DNA from: Muribaculaceae bacterium
GTDB lineage: Bacteria; Bacteroidota; Bacteroidia; Bacteroidales; Muribaculaceae
Reading direction: 5' to 3'
DNA length: 64,000 nt
Assembly: GCA_029061225.1 (NCBI GenBank)
Contig: JAIDSM010000122.1
Coordinates: 1,909-65,908, forward strand
The number at the start of each line of letters is the position of its first letter. The stretch's first letter is position 1. Positions 17,675 to 27,715 of this stretch are shown here, piece after piece. The notes beneath the pieces were generated by a model. The model saw only the letters and a program-made list of their open reading frames with translations. It was not told where the DNA came from and ran no database searches. The position numbers were made by a program, and so were the translations under genes.

Positions 17675-18322
17675 ATGAATACTCCGGATAAAATGCTTGC
17701 AGAAAAACTTCTGCATATCAGTGCTATAAAACTTCAGCCATCCATGCCGTTCGTATGGAGCTCAGGCTGGAACTCTCCTATCTACAACGACAATCGAAAG
17801 GCTCTCTCTTACCCAGACGTCCGCAATTTCATCAAAATTGAGATGGCGCGTCTCATTCTGGAAAATTTCCCCGATGTTGATGCAATCGCCTCCGTCGCCA
17901 ACGGAGCAATAGCTTGGGGTCTGCTGGCTGCAGATGTCATGGGGCTTCCATTCGCGTATGTCCGCGATACCCCGAAAGACCACGGATTGGAAAATACAAT
18001 TGAAGGAAATCTCAAACCTGGCTGGAAGGTTGTGGTGATCGAGGATCTCATTTCCACCGGAGGCAATGCCATCCGTGCAATTGAGGCCGTCGAGAATGCC
18101 GGATGTGAGGCTGTAGGTATCGCCGCGCTCTTCAACTATGAGTTCCCTATTGCGATAAAGCGTTTCCGCGAGGCTAACGTCAATGCAGTGGCACTTTGCA
18201 CTTACACCGCCATGCTTGAGGTGGCCGAGAAAATCCAGTTCATCAGCCCTTCAGAAGCCGAGGCTCTTCGCGACTGGAGGAAGAATCCGGACTCATGGGT
18301 GCCACAGACCGAGGCGTTCTGA
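17675..18322 (+). CDS. pyrE: Orotate phosphoribosyltransferase
   Basis: SSGWNSPIYNDNR, KDHG, VIEDLISTGG. Confidence 0.92.
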   Translation: MNTPDKMLAEKLLHISAIKLQPSMPFVWSSGWNSPIYNDNRKALSYPDVRNFIKIEMARLILENFPDVDAIASVANGAIAWGLLAADVMGLPFAYVRDTPKDHGLENTIEGNLKPGWKVVVIEDLISTGGNAIRAIEAVENAGCEAVGIAALFNYEFPIAIKRFREANVNAVALCTYTAMLEVAEKIQFISPSEAEALRDWRKNPDSWVPQTEAF

Positions 18323-18360
18323 AAAAATATAACTTAACAGCTTAAACTCAAATTTTAGAC

Positions 18361-18798
18361 ATGGCTACATACAAAAGCGATGAAGTTCCTTTGAAGGCTT
18401 CGGCCGACAACGTCTTTAATCGTCTAAGCAATTTAGAATCTCTCAAGACACTTCTTGATCAGGTCCCTGCCGACCAGATTCCTGCTGATAAGAAGGAAAT
18501 GTTCGATAGCATACGTCTTACCGCAGACAGCATCGAGCTGCCGGGTGGTCCGGTAGGATCGATCAAGCTACGCGTAGTGGAGCGTAAGGCTCCTTCTCGC
18601 ATCACCCTTAAGGGAGAAGGCACTCCCGTCCCCCTGCAGCTGCAGCTTGATATCCATCCGGTGGATGAAGCGTCTTGCCGTGCACAGGCAAAGGTGGATA
18701 TCGAGATTCCCATGATGCTTAAGCCGATGATCTCAGGCCCGATGCAGAAGATGACCGAACAGTTCGCAAGCGTGCTCCGTTCGATTCCTTTCTCATAA
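18361..18798 (+). CDS. SRPBCC/polyketide-cyclase-like protein
   Basis: 145 aa with START-fold-like pattern; usual neighbour of pyrE in Bacteroidales. Confidence 0.65.
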   Translation: MATYKSDEVPLKASADNVFNRLSNLESLKTLLDQVPADQIPADKKEMFDSIRLTADSIELPGGPVGSIKLRVVERKAPSRITLKGEGTPVPLQLQLDIHPVDEASCRAQAKVDIEIPMMLKPMISGPMQKMTEQFASVLRSIPFS

Positions 18799-18824
18799 GT
18801 AATTAACAAGTCCTCCCTGAAAAG

Positions 18825-19373
18825 ATGATTTCCATCGGCTTTCTATCCTTTCTGAAGAAGGGTAGCCTATTCCTGTCTCTGATGGCGATGCTGTTGGCCG
18901 TCGTTGCGTGCAATCAGGTCGACGATGAACGCATCCCCTCTCTTCCCGTATATATCGATCTGTCTGGAGCCGGTTTGTGGAACAGCTATGGAGTCGCCGG
19001 TGTAGGCCTATCAAGAAATTTTATCAATTGGAATGGGGTGGTCAGTCCTGCAGGATTCGCTTATACGGCAAATACCTATGTAGGATTTGGAGGCGTGTTG
19101 CTCATTGGAGGAATTGATCCGTTCACAGCGGAACCAAATGTGCCCCTTGCATACGATCTTTCGTGTCCTGTGGAGCGAAGCCAGACGGTCAGGGTCGCGA
19201 TTGATGCCGATAATCTCGAGGCCGTATGTCCTGAATGCGGTTCTCGCTATGATGTCGTGACGGCCGGCGGCGCTCCCGTAGGTGGTCCTGCGTTGACTGG
19301 GAAGTATAAATACGGACTTCGACGCTACGTCTGTCAGCCCGAACGGACCGGAGGCTATATCATCCATAATTAA
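18825..19373 (+). CDS. Lipoprotein with Rieske-like Cys motif
   Basis: Lipobox VVAC; AYDLSCP...CPECGSRYD...G.P. Confidence 0.6.
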   Translation: MISIGFLSFLKKGSLFLSLMAMLLAVVACNQVDDERIPSLPVYIDLSGAGLWNSYGVAGVGLSRNFINWNGVVSPAGFAYTANTYVGFGGVLLIGGIDPFTAEPNVPLAYDLSCPVERSQTVRVAIDADNLEAVCPECGSRYDVVTAGGAPVGGPALTGKYKYGLRRYVCQPERTGGYIIHN

Positions 19374-19398
19374 GAATTAATCTTTAATTACAAAGAAG

Positions 19399-20883
19399 GT
19401 GGCGGAACTTGTGTTGATGATATTGCGCGGATTGATTATCGGGGTTGTGATTTCGGCTCCGATGGGTCCTGTCGGCATCTATTGCCTTCAGCGCACTCTC
19501 GACAAAGGTCGTCTTTCCGGATTGTATACCGGTGTCGGAGCTGCGGTGTCTGATTTCATCTATTGCCTGCTGACAGGTTTCGGTCTTTCTTTCATTGAAG
19601 ACTTCATCAATACCCACAGAAGTCCCATACAGTTTCTGGGGTCGGTGGTCCTTGTATTTTTCGGCATATGGCTTATGCGTAAGAAACCCGACGGTCAGAT
19701 CGCGGCCGATGCAGACCATGGCGCTCCATCTCGCGAAGGCGACATTCTGAAGGGTTTCGCATTGACCTTCTCAAATCCTTTGATACTCTTTCTGATAATT
19801 GGTCTCTTCGCCCAGTTTAATTTTGTTATCGAGGGTATGAAGTTCTATCATTACGTGCTTGGATTCTTAGGAATTATCGGTGGAGCACTTGGCTGGTGGT
19901 GGCTTGTGACATTTTTCGTCGACAAACTACGCGGACATTTCACTCAGCGCACCATGAAGAGGATCAACATGGCTATCGGCGTGATCATCCTGATCTTTGC
20001 CGCGGTCGGGATATTCTCTTCCGCCTCCACGCTTTTAGCAGCTACCGTTTCACTGGAACCTGCAGAGATGAAACAGGCTGAGTTTCGAGTCGGGGATACG
20101 TCAATGAAGGGCTGGCGAGCTGACTTCCCTTGTGATGGCGGCTCCGCCATTAGGCTTGAAGTATTACCTCGCTCGAAGGCGGAGCCTTTCGGAGATACTC
20201 GTATCGATGCCCTTTCAGTTCGTGTCCTGGAGATGCCTTCGGGAAAAAAGTTGGGAGATGCCACCATAGCTGATGGAGTGGATCCCTATCGTGGAAAAAA
20301 TGCATGGCGAGTGGTTCGAGACGGAGGAAGGTGGAATGTTTTCGCAGGCAACCGTGAATACAGGTATGTCTTAGATTTTACATCGCAATTATGTCCGATA
20401 GGAGAGCCGGTTGTCACATCCACTGCTCGAGCTTCAATTGAGTTCTCTATGGAAAATTTCAAATCCGCCCCAGTTGAGATTCGTAAGTCAACGGAGGCGG
20501 ATATCATTTCAACGCTTGCTGCTCTATCAGTAAAACCCACAGAACCTCAAGGTGTCTACTCAGTTCTTGACTATGAACAAGATGACGCCTATGCCAGACT
20601 TGGTGGCAATTATAGGATCGCCGTGATTCCCGGCGATGTCGAAGACACATATGACCTCTACTATCTCGAGGGAGCGAGGACTAACGCCTCCTTATGGATT
20701 CCGGGGCGCATGAAAGCGCGATTAAAGGCTACCCCTTTCCCGACGGTCTTTGATGTTGAATGGTGCGATGCCGAAGGGGAATGGATGGCGAACGACGTTC
20801 AGGCTGAGTTTGATCAGCTCGGCCGTACGCTTACGGTTAAGTTTCCGTATCAAGGGAGCAGCATTAGGTTTCGCAAGGAATAA
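19399..20883 (+). CDS. LysE-family transporter fused to a soluble C-terminal domain
   Basis: SAPMGPVG, GF.LTFSNP and ~6 TM segments in the first ~210 aa, then ~280 aa of hydrophilic beta-rich sequence. Confidence 0.75.
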   Translation: MAELVLMILRGLIIGVVISAPMGPVGIYCLQRTLDKGRLSGLYTGVGAAVSDFIYCLLTGFGLSFIEDFINTHRSPIQFLGSVVLVFFGIWLMRKKPDGQIAADADHGAPSREGDILKGFALTFSNPLILFLIIGLFAQFNFVIEGMKFYHYVLGFLGIIGGALGWWWLVTFFVDKLRGHFTQRTMKRINMAIGVIILIFAAVGIFSSASTLLAATVSLEPAEMKQAEFRVGDTSMKGWRADFPCDGGSAIRLEVLPRSKAEPFGDTRIDALSVRVLEMPSGKKLGDATIADGVDPYRGKNAWRVVRDGGRWNVFAGNREYRYVLDFTSQLCPIGEPVVTSTARASIEFSMENFKSAPVEIRKSTEADIISTLAALSVKPTEPQGVYSVLDYEQDDAYARLGGNYRIAVIPGDVEDTYDLYYLEGARTNASLWIPGRMKARLKATPFPTVFDVEWCDAEGEWMANDVQAEFDQLGRTLTVKFPYQGSSIRFRKE

Positions 20884-20911
20884 TTTTACATGGAAGATTT
20901 TTAAAGGAAGC

Positions 20912-22201
20912 CTACCATCTGCCGGAGGCTCCTCCGCCTCCAGTGCGGCCGCCCCCGAAGCCACCTCCAAATCCGCCGCCGAAACCGCCTCCTCCGCCGC
21001 GTCTGCGCGATGATCCGAGCATGGCTGCCGCTGCCATCGCTGCTGCCATATCCTTCTTCGGTATGCGGTATCCCTTGTTGTCGATTCTCCCGCAGTAGTC
21101 GCACCGGTATTGTGACACTCCCTCTCCTTCTGCGTGGTATGTCGGTTGGCGTAGGGTGCGGTTCCCGATATAATGATATGCCCGCGTGCCGCAGTGGGGA
21201 CAATAAGTATATTTGCTGTTTTTTACAGGATATGAAGTCACCTCGGTGTTGCCGCACTTCTCGCAGCGGTGTACATCGTAATGCACGGAGCCAATTTTCT
21301 CCTCAAACTGTTGGCTGGGTGTAAGGGCTCCAAAAGCCTCGTGGCCTTTCACTCTAACTGATTTACCCCCGCATTTAGCACAGACATGGTTTCCATAGCG
21401 GGCTCTTCTGTAGTGGTAAAGTGCAAGCAGATAGAAGGGGAGTGCCGTGAGCAATGTGGCTAAGGAAAGCAATCCGAGGAGGGTCAGTATCGAGCGCCAT
21501 TCCTGGGCTTTCATGGCCTCCGATGATATCTTGCGGGTCTTAAGTCTCCGCGAGATGTAGCTTACAGCTGCAAAAATCCAGAGAAGAACAGCCACTATCA
21601 CTAAGAATCCTGTCATTGTCTCTTTGCTGACTGGCGCCTCATCAATCCCCGAATGATTGTCGCGTAAGCTGGAGCGAAGTTCGTCGGCATATTCAGGATT
21701 GGTCATAACCTTTGAGATCATGGCGGTCGCTTCCTCTACAGCGCAATCCAGGCAGTCATTCCGCATGTTGGGGATTACCGCCTCACGAATGATGCGTCCG
21801 CATATGATATCGGGAAGCACACCCTCGGATCCATATCCTGTCTGGATCCTCACCTCATGGCTGTCTGGAGATATAAGGAGAAGCACACCGTTGTCCTTGT
21901 CCTTTTTGCCAAGCCCCCATCGGGTAAAGACCTTTTCAGAGAAATCCTCAATTGAATAGTCTCCTATCGAAGGCACAATCGCTACTGCCACTTCCGCTGT
22001 AGTGGAATCGCGAAGTGCCTGAAGCCTGGCGTTGACACGGTTCCTTGTCTGCGAGCCCAGCATATTTCCTGGATCCGCGACATACTCATACCGGTTCGCT
22101 ATGTTAGGATTGACTATCTCCTCCGGCTTATAGTCGCGTGCTGACAAGCACACGCAATATAGCATAAATATAAACAATATGCCGATTTTGTTTTTCGTCA
22201 T
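20912..22201 (-). CDS. TPM domain membrane protein with Zn-ribbon motifs and Gly-rich tail
   Basis: WGLGKKDKDNGVLLL...TGYG.EG.LPD; four CxxC; GGGRTGGGGASGRW end. Confidence 0.88.
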   Translation of the reverse strand: MTKNKIGILFIFMLYCVCLSARDYKPEEIVNPNIANRYEYVADPGNMLGSQTRNRVNARLQALRDSTTAEVAVAIVPSIGDYSIEDFSEKVFTRWGLGKKDKDNGVLLLISPDSHEVRIQTGYGSEGVLPDIICGRIIREAVIPNMRNDCLDCAVEEATAMISKVMTNPEYADELRSSLRDNHSGIDEAPVSKETMTGFLVIVAVLLWIFAAVSYISRRLKTRKISSEAMKAQEWRSILTLLGLLSLATLLTALPFYLLALYHYRRARYGNHVCAKCGGKSVRVKGHEAFGALTPSQQFEEKIGSVHYDVHRCEKCGNTEVTSYPVKNSKYTYCPHCGTRAYHYIGNRTLRQPTYHAEGEGVSQYRCDYCGRIDNKGYRIPKKDMAAAMAAAAMLGSSRRRGGGGGFGGGFGGGFGGGRTGGGGASGRW

Positions 22202-22334
22202 ACTTAATTATCAATAAGTAGTTATTCAAATTAAATATATAATGTCATAAATGTTTTATCTTCTGAACTTCAGAGACTGGGAATTATGCATTATGACATG
22301 CTTTAGTTTGGCTTAGCCAATTATGAGTTCCTAC

Positions 22335-23657
22335 CTAAACTGCCGGGAGCGAGTGTCCGTTAAGTGTGCGGAAAAGATCGAGCGCGTAGACGTCAGTCAT
22401 GGCCGAGACATGGTCAATCACCCCCTGAAGTCGTGTGTTGAGATTCTCGGATCGCACGTCGTATTGCCGTGGCACTTTTTCAAGAAGCAGTCTGGAATAT
22501 GCCTTCTCCGGCGCCATTACCGCTCCTACGAGATTTTCCATAAGATAGGTGATGATGCGGTTGCCGGCAAGTTCGATGTCGATAACTTGCGGCGAACTGT
22601 AGATCTTCTTCCAGGCTGTGTCGCTGCATATGGCGTAAGCCTCGCTCAGTCGTCCCGGTATGTTGGCGGTAAGTGCTCCTTGATAGTCTCCGGCAAGTAT
22701 TTCCTTTTCATGGTCTGAGAATTCCTTTGAGCATCCTCCCACGAGCGCTCCTATCACTTTTGAGCGCATATATCCCACTTGCTCGTTGGGATCATCCAGG
22801 CGTCGCATTGAGTCTCTCATATGTTCCTGCTCAGACTTGTCGAAGAAACCGAGCATTAGCTGCTTCACCTCCTCGGTAGATAATATCTTGAGTTTATGGG
22901 CGTCCTCGAGATCCATGATCTGATAGCATATGTCGTCGGCTGCCTCCATGAGGAATACGAAGGGATGACGCGCATGCTTTCCGGGTTCTGTCTCCGGAAT
23001 GCCGAGCTCTTCTGCTACTTTCAGATAAGTATCCTCTTCCGTCTCGAAATATCCGAACTTCCCTTTCTCTCCGGCGAGGGCTGAGGAGAAAGGATACTTC
23101 ACTACGGAGGCCAGTGCGCTGTATGTCATGGCGAAGCCACCCTCGCGACGTCCTTCGAATTTGTGGGTCAGCAGTCGGAAGGAATTGGCGTTGCCTTCGA
23201 AATGAGCGAAGTCGCTCCATTGGCGTGGAGTCAGGAATGGCTTGAGGGTTAGGCCTTTCCCCTCGGTGAAAAAGCTTGAGATAGTTTTCTCTCCGTTGTG
23301 GCCGAAAGGAGGATTGCCAAGATCATGGGCAAGGCAGGCGGTAGCCACAATATCTGCCATGTCGCATAGCTTTGCTGTCCGTATGTCATAGCCGTGTCTG
23401 TCTATGAGGATGTTGGCTACCTCATTGGCCATAGATCGTCCTACAGAGGACACTTCAAGGCTATGCGTAAGACGGTTGTGTACGAAAATGGAGCCAGGCA
23501 AAGGAAACACCTGGGTCTTATTCTGAAGCCGGCGGAAAGGAGAGGAGAATATGAGCCGGTCGTAGTCCCGTTGGAAATCTGAACGGGTATGCTGTTGCGG
23601 GTCGTGGTATTGTTCGAGTCCCAGACGCTTGTCTGATATTAGTCTATTCCAGTCCAT
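22335..23657 (-). CDS. dgt: dGTP triphosphohydrolase
   Basis: FQRDYDR, RRLQNKTQVF, HNRLTHSLEV, HDLGNPPFGH, EAADD. Confidence 0.93.
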   Translation of the reverse strand: MDWNRLISDKRLGLEQYHDPQQHTRSDFQRDYDRLIFSSPFRRLQNKTQVFPLPGSIFVHNRLTHSLEVSSVGRSMANEVANILIDRHGYDIRTAKLCDMADIVATACLAHDLGNPPFGHNGEKTISSFFTEGKGLTLKPFLTPRQWSDFAHFEGNANSFRLLTHKFEGRREGGFAMTYSALASVVKYPFSSALAGEKGKFGYFETEEDTYLKVAEELGIPETEPGKHARHPFVFLMEAADDICYQIMDLEDAHKLKILSTEEVKQLMLGFFDKSEQEHMRDSMRRLDDPNEQVGYMRSKVIGALVGGCSKEFSDHEKEILAGDYQGALTANIPGRLSEAYAICSDTAWKKIYSSPQVIDIELAGNRIITYLMENLVGAVMAPEKAYSRLLLEKVPRQYDVRSENLNTRLQGVIDHVSAMTDVYALDLFRTLNGHSLPAV

Positions 23658-23741
23658 ATTGCAAAATTAACGATTTTATTTGTTAAAAAATCTTTAGATA
23701 TTGATTTTTTTTGTAATTTTGCGGAGTTTTTCTAAATTGAG

Positions 23742-24320
23742 ATGAATAATATCGGTAGAACGTATTGTAGAGGCGGAGAGACAGCCTGGAACCTGATGAT
23801 CTCCGTGATGCTTGTAATGCTGGTGGCCTGCGGAAATAAGACCACGGCTGTCGGCTTGGATGAAAGTCGGCAGGAGGTGGCCTCCCCTTATCATGCCGAT
23901 AACGACATTGCCATGACAGTGTGCTCTCTTGTAGACGCTGTTCGCGTTGGCGAGCCCCTTGACAGCGCAGACTATAATTTCCAGGGAATCCTTACAGACG
24001 GTCAGGGTACGCCGTTGTATACCGATATAGAGGGCAATCCCGGAGAGTGGGAGGTCATCGTGATAGGTGACGATGAAGCGCGTATCAGCAATCTTCAGCT
24101 TGGCGACCTATTGACAGAAGACCTTAGAAACTATATAGTGGGGGCGCTTAATCTCAATGATGCGGATCTGGCTACTGCCTATGTAAATCCGGCGGATGAG
24201 CAGGAATTCATCTGGCTCTACGATATGGGAGACGTTCAGTTGGTGTTTTCGGAGACATTGGTGAAGATGCCATCCGGTCTTGACGGCATAATCATGTCGG
24301 TGTCTGTCTTCAAAAAGTGA
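23742..24320 (+). CDS. Hypothetical acidic lipoprotein
   Basis: Hydrophobic stretch ending LVA-C; divergent promoter box upstream. Confidence 0.6.
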   Translation: MNNIGRTYCRGGETAWNLMISVMLVMLVACGNKTTAVGLDESRQEVASPYHADNDIAMTVCSLVDAVRVGEPLDSADYNFQGILTDGQGTPLYTDIEGNPGEWEVIVIGDDEARISNLQLGDLLTEDLRNYIVGALNLNDADLATAYVNPADEQEFIWLYDMGDVQLVFSETLVKMPSGLDGIIMSVSVFKK

Positions 24321-24321
24321 A

Positions 24322-25611
24322 TTAATACCTGCCTATTTCTGATCTTAAGATAGCATGTCCGAAGCGGCAGTGCAGGCATTCATGACGTTCGCAGTATTCC
24401 TTGCGAAGATGGATCAGTGCCTGCGATGAGCCGGCGTCCTTAGCCGTCAGCCCTAATTGCTGCCAACTTCGTATGATGGCGTTGCGCTCGGGGGGCAGTT
24501 CTGTCAAGAGTGCGATTGCAGCTTCTTTCATCTCATGGTCGCAGTGGAGTAGCGCGTAGGCATACAGTAGAGGCGCCGCTACGTTGATCAGCAGAACGCT
24601 TATGCTTGGCTCGGAGAGCGAAGGCGGATTGGCTTCTGTCTGGCAGTCTCCGCCGAAAGTGAGCCTTCGGCTCCAGTATTGGTCTACCTGCCACCTGAAA
24701 AGCGGGCGAAGTTTATCCTCGTCGCCTCCTGTCTGCACGATCCTTTGCATAAGGTCGGGCATTTCCGACATCGCCTTTGCCAGAAGCGCTATCCTGCGGT
24801 AGGGAAGGTTCTGGGGGCGTGTTCTCGCAAACTTCCACGCTGTGCGGGGGATAGGATGCATCGAGTATTTGCGTGCGAGAAACTGATATTCCCGACACAT
24901 CAGTTGGTATCTTCGATCTCCTGTGTAGGTGTTTGGGTCGAGCATTCCGGCCTGTCCGAAGAAGATGGCTTCCATCTGTATGATATTGTCGGTATGCCGC
25001 CTTAGATGATTGAGGTCGATGCTTTGGGCAAGCATCTCGAAAGGGATGCCGTTGAGCCCGAATCCCAAAGCGCGGGCGAGCGTGATGAAGCAAGCCGCGT
25101 TCCAGTCGCCGTGCGTATCGCGCAGAGCATCCTCTATGCGTGCCGCCTTGTGCTGAAGGCGTTCGATTGTCAGTGTCTCGATCCAGTCGGCACGCCTTAA
25201 TGCGTCTATTTGCTGGATCCGTGAAGCGCAGCGTATGTCCGAATTTGTCTGGGTGAGATATGCGAAAGTATGGTAGAAGTTTTCTGGTAGCGCAACTTTC
25301 ATCTGAGGCAGTTCCGAGCCGTCCTTGCGCAGGATTCGGGTGTCGCTGTGAGCTACCACATGCAGGATTACGTTGTCATAGGCCGGGTCCGAGCTGTGTC
25401 CGTGCCTATGCCAGTCGGAGGCCTTCATGTGTATTTCGATGTTTCCCGCCCACATGCGGTCATTGATCTTCACTTTTGCATTGAAGAAATCCGGACCTGC
25501 ATCTCGGTTAAGTGTCCCGGGATCCAACACTCTGACCATCTCCCCGCTATCAAGCGGAAAGCTGAGCCCAAACATTCTGTGCGCCCATAAAAGCTGAAAG
25601 ATTTCCTCCAC
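24322..25611 (-). CDS. DUF2851 family protein
   Basis: PG..N.DAGPDFFNA, GNIEIH, HGH..DPAYDNVILHVV, RPQN, C-terminal C..C.FG. Confidence 0.88.
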   Translation of the reverse strand: MEEIFQLLWAHRMFGLSFPLDSGEMVRVLDPGTLNRDAGPDFFNAKVKINDRMWAGNIEIHMKASDWHRHGHSSDPAYDNVILHVVAHSDTRILRKDGSELPQMKVALPENFYHTFAYLTQTNSDIRCASRIQQIDALRRADWIETLTIERLQHKAARIEDALRDTHGDWNAACFITLARALGFGLNGIPFEMLAQSIDLNHLRRHTDNIIQMEAIFFGQAGMLDPNTYTGDRRYQLMCREYQFLARKYSMHPIPRTAWKFARTRPQNLPYRRIALLAKAMSEMPDLMQRIVQTGGDEDKLRPLFRWQVDQYWSRRLTFGGDCQTEANPPSLSEPSISVLLINVAAPLLYAYALLHCDHEMKEAAIALLTELPPERNAIIRSWQQLGLTAKDAGSSQALIHLRKEYCERHECLHCRFGHAILRSEIGRY

Positions 25612-25623
25612 AATCCTATTGAT

Positions 25624-26622
25624 TCAAAACCTATAAGATATGCGGAAGTCGATGGTGGGATATACAGGAATCGCCTTCATCAATCCCATGTAATCGCCCA
25701 CTTTGCCTCGGAGTTTGGTCAGATCGTTCAGCACGGTGCCGTCGTGAGTGGTGACTTTCGGTGCTCCTCCCCAGAATTGCACGCCGGCATCGAAGGATGC
25801 CTGCCATTTGCCATCCGGGCTCAGTGCTCCTCCGTAGCCGAATCCGACGTATGGGCGGAACCTGTTTACCTTTGCCTTCGCACTCACGGTCCCGTCCTTG
25901 TCAGGATGTATCATATAGGGAGTGCCGTCTTTGTGGTCGCCCACATGTACGCCGAGAGAGCCCCATTCAAGAAGTTTATCCTGAAGTGCCAATGCTGCCT
26001 GCGGACTCAGGTAGATGTCGCCGTAGATTGGATTTTCCGTCACGTTTTCAAAGAAGTTCTCGTCTGTGGCATAGTTATACAGTCGGTCATACATGTTCAT
26101 GGCCAGCAGTGATGGCATCTCGGTCATGGTGTTGATTGTCTTGCCTATAGAGTTGCCCCCATAGAAGAAGCCGGCAGTGAAGTGCCAGTGTCGGTTATGC
26201 TTGAATGGATATACGTCTACGAGAACCCTCATTGTTGTCATGGTAGGTTTCGACTCCATATGCACGTCCTTGTCTATATGAAATCCGCTGAGTTTATACA
26301 TCGTTTCCTCAATTCTGTCGAATTTGTCGTTGACCTTACCGTCAACGTAACTGTCCATGCTGAAGGTCATCGGGACAGTGAAGGGAGGCATCCAGTCGAA
26401 GCCTACCCTTAGCTTTGCCCACTCCGTCATGGGACTTGCTACTTCGAGTCCGAGACCGGTCGTGCCGATGTTTGCTGCCAGTTCTACTTTATTGAAGACT
26501 CCGAGCTCGTCCATCTTCTGTATGAGCGAACGCTGTGCGAAGGCTGCTTCCGTCTGCGAAAGAAGCGGTATGAGTGTAAGTCCTATGGCGAATTTTACGA
26601 TTTTTCTGACTGTAGGGTTCAT
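25624..26622 (-). CDS. Hypothetical outer-membrane beta-barrel protein
   Basis: Signal peptide, GTTGLGLE, RPYVGFGYG and C-terminal ISYRF. Confidence 0.65.
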   Translation of the reverse strand: MNPTVRKIVKFAIGLTLIPLLSQTEAAFAQRSLIQKMDELGVFNKVELAANIGTTGLGLEVASPMTEWAKLRVGFDWMPPFTVPMTFSMDSYVDGKVNDKFDRIEETMYKLSGFHIDKDVHMESKPTMTTMRVLVDVYPFKHNRHWHFTAGFFYGGNSIGKTINTMTEMPSLLAMNMYDRLYNYATDENFFENVTENPIYGDIYLSPQAALALQDKLLEWGSLGVHVGDHKDGTPYMIHPDKDGTVSAKAKVNRFRPYVGFGYGGALSPDGKWQASFDAGVQFWGGAPKVTTHDGTVLNDLTKLRGKVGDYMGLMKAIPVYPTIDFRISYRF

Positions 26623-26759
26623 GTCAATGCTTTTTTTGAATTTCAGGTGCAAATTTAACTAAATATTTTTAAAGTATGGTGATAGGACGAGAAAAATTGG
26701 TGTGTAATTGATATTTTTGGTGGGAAAAGTGTTAAAGATAAAAGATAAGGTATTAGTAG

Positions 26760-27689
26760 ATGAAAATTTTTGACAAAAGAAATAAAGGCAGAGGAGGCTG
26801 GGAGCCGGACCGCATACTCCGCCGTGAAAACAAAGGTGAGACACCTATGGGCCTTCTTGAGTTTGCCGCCTCAGTCTTGCCCGATGCAAAGCGTGGCGAT
26901 CTCAAAAAGTGGCTGAAGTTTGGTCATTTCGCTGTTGATGGGAGGGTGGCTACCGCCTTCGACAGCCCCGTCTCTCCAGGCAGCGTGATGGAGTTGAACT
27001 TCACCCGTCCTTTCGTTGTCTTCCATCACCCAAGACTGAAGCTTGTGTATGAGGACGATGATATCATTGTAGTTGATAAAGGCTATGGCCTTCTCTCGGT
27101 CGGAACGGATTCTTCAAAGAAAAGCAACGTAGAGACAGCCTATAGCATACTGCGCGAATACGTTAAGTCCATACATCCCTCCAATAAGATATTCATTGTC
27201 CATCGTCTTGACCGAGATACATCCGGCTTGATGGTGTTTGCCAAGACTATGGAGGCTAAGGAGGCTCTTCAGCACAACTGGAATAATATGGTCCTCGAAC
27301 GTAAGTATGTCGCTCTGCTCGACGGCGAGCTTGAGAAAGAGTCGGGAGAGATACGAAGCCATCTTGCGGAGACTGTGCAGCATGAGGTCTATTCTACTGA
27401 AGATCCCTCGGAGGGAAAGCTTGCCGTCACTCGTTACAAAGTACGCCGCATAGGGAAGGGCCATACTTTGGCGGAATTCTCACTGGATACCGGACGCAAG
27501 AACCAGATACGTGTTCATGCTCGCGATCTTGGATGCCCGATTACCGGTGATAAACGATACGGCAACGGCAGCGGTCCGCTCCATCGGCTTGCCCTTCATG
27601 CGGAGACTCTTCGGTTTGCGCATCCTGTTAGCCGTCAGGATATGAATTTTACAAGTCCGGTGCCTTCTCTCTTTTATAAATTCATATAA
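26760..27689 (+). CDS. RluA family pseudouridine synthase
   Basis: VHRLDRDTSG, TGRKNQIRVH, LHA. Confidence 0.92.
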   Translation: MKIFDKRNKGRGGWEPDRILRRENKGETPMGLLEFAASVLPDAKRGDLKKWLKFGHFAVDGRVATAFDSPVSPGSVMELNFTRPFVVFHHPRLKLVYEDDDIIVVDKGYGLLSVGTDSSKKSNVETAYSILREYVKSIHPSNKIFIVHRLDRDTSGLMVFAKTMEAKEALQHNWNNMVLERKYVALLDGELEKESGEIRSHLAETVQHEVYSTEDPSEGKLAVTRYKVRRIGKGHTLAEFSLDTGRKNQIRVHARDLGCPITGDKRYGNGSGPLHRLALHAETLRFAHPVSRQDMNFTSPVPSLFYKFI

Positions 27690-27715
27690 CTCACCTCGCA
27701 TAACGTAAAACGCAT

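Noticed and set aside
22335-23657. dGTPase as an anti-phage gene
   Set aside because: Core-like composition and context; matches the ordinary Bacteroidales dgt.
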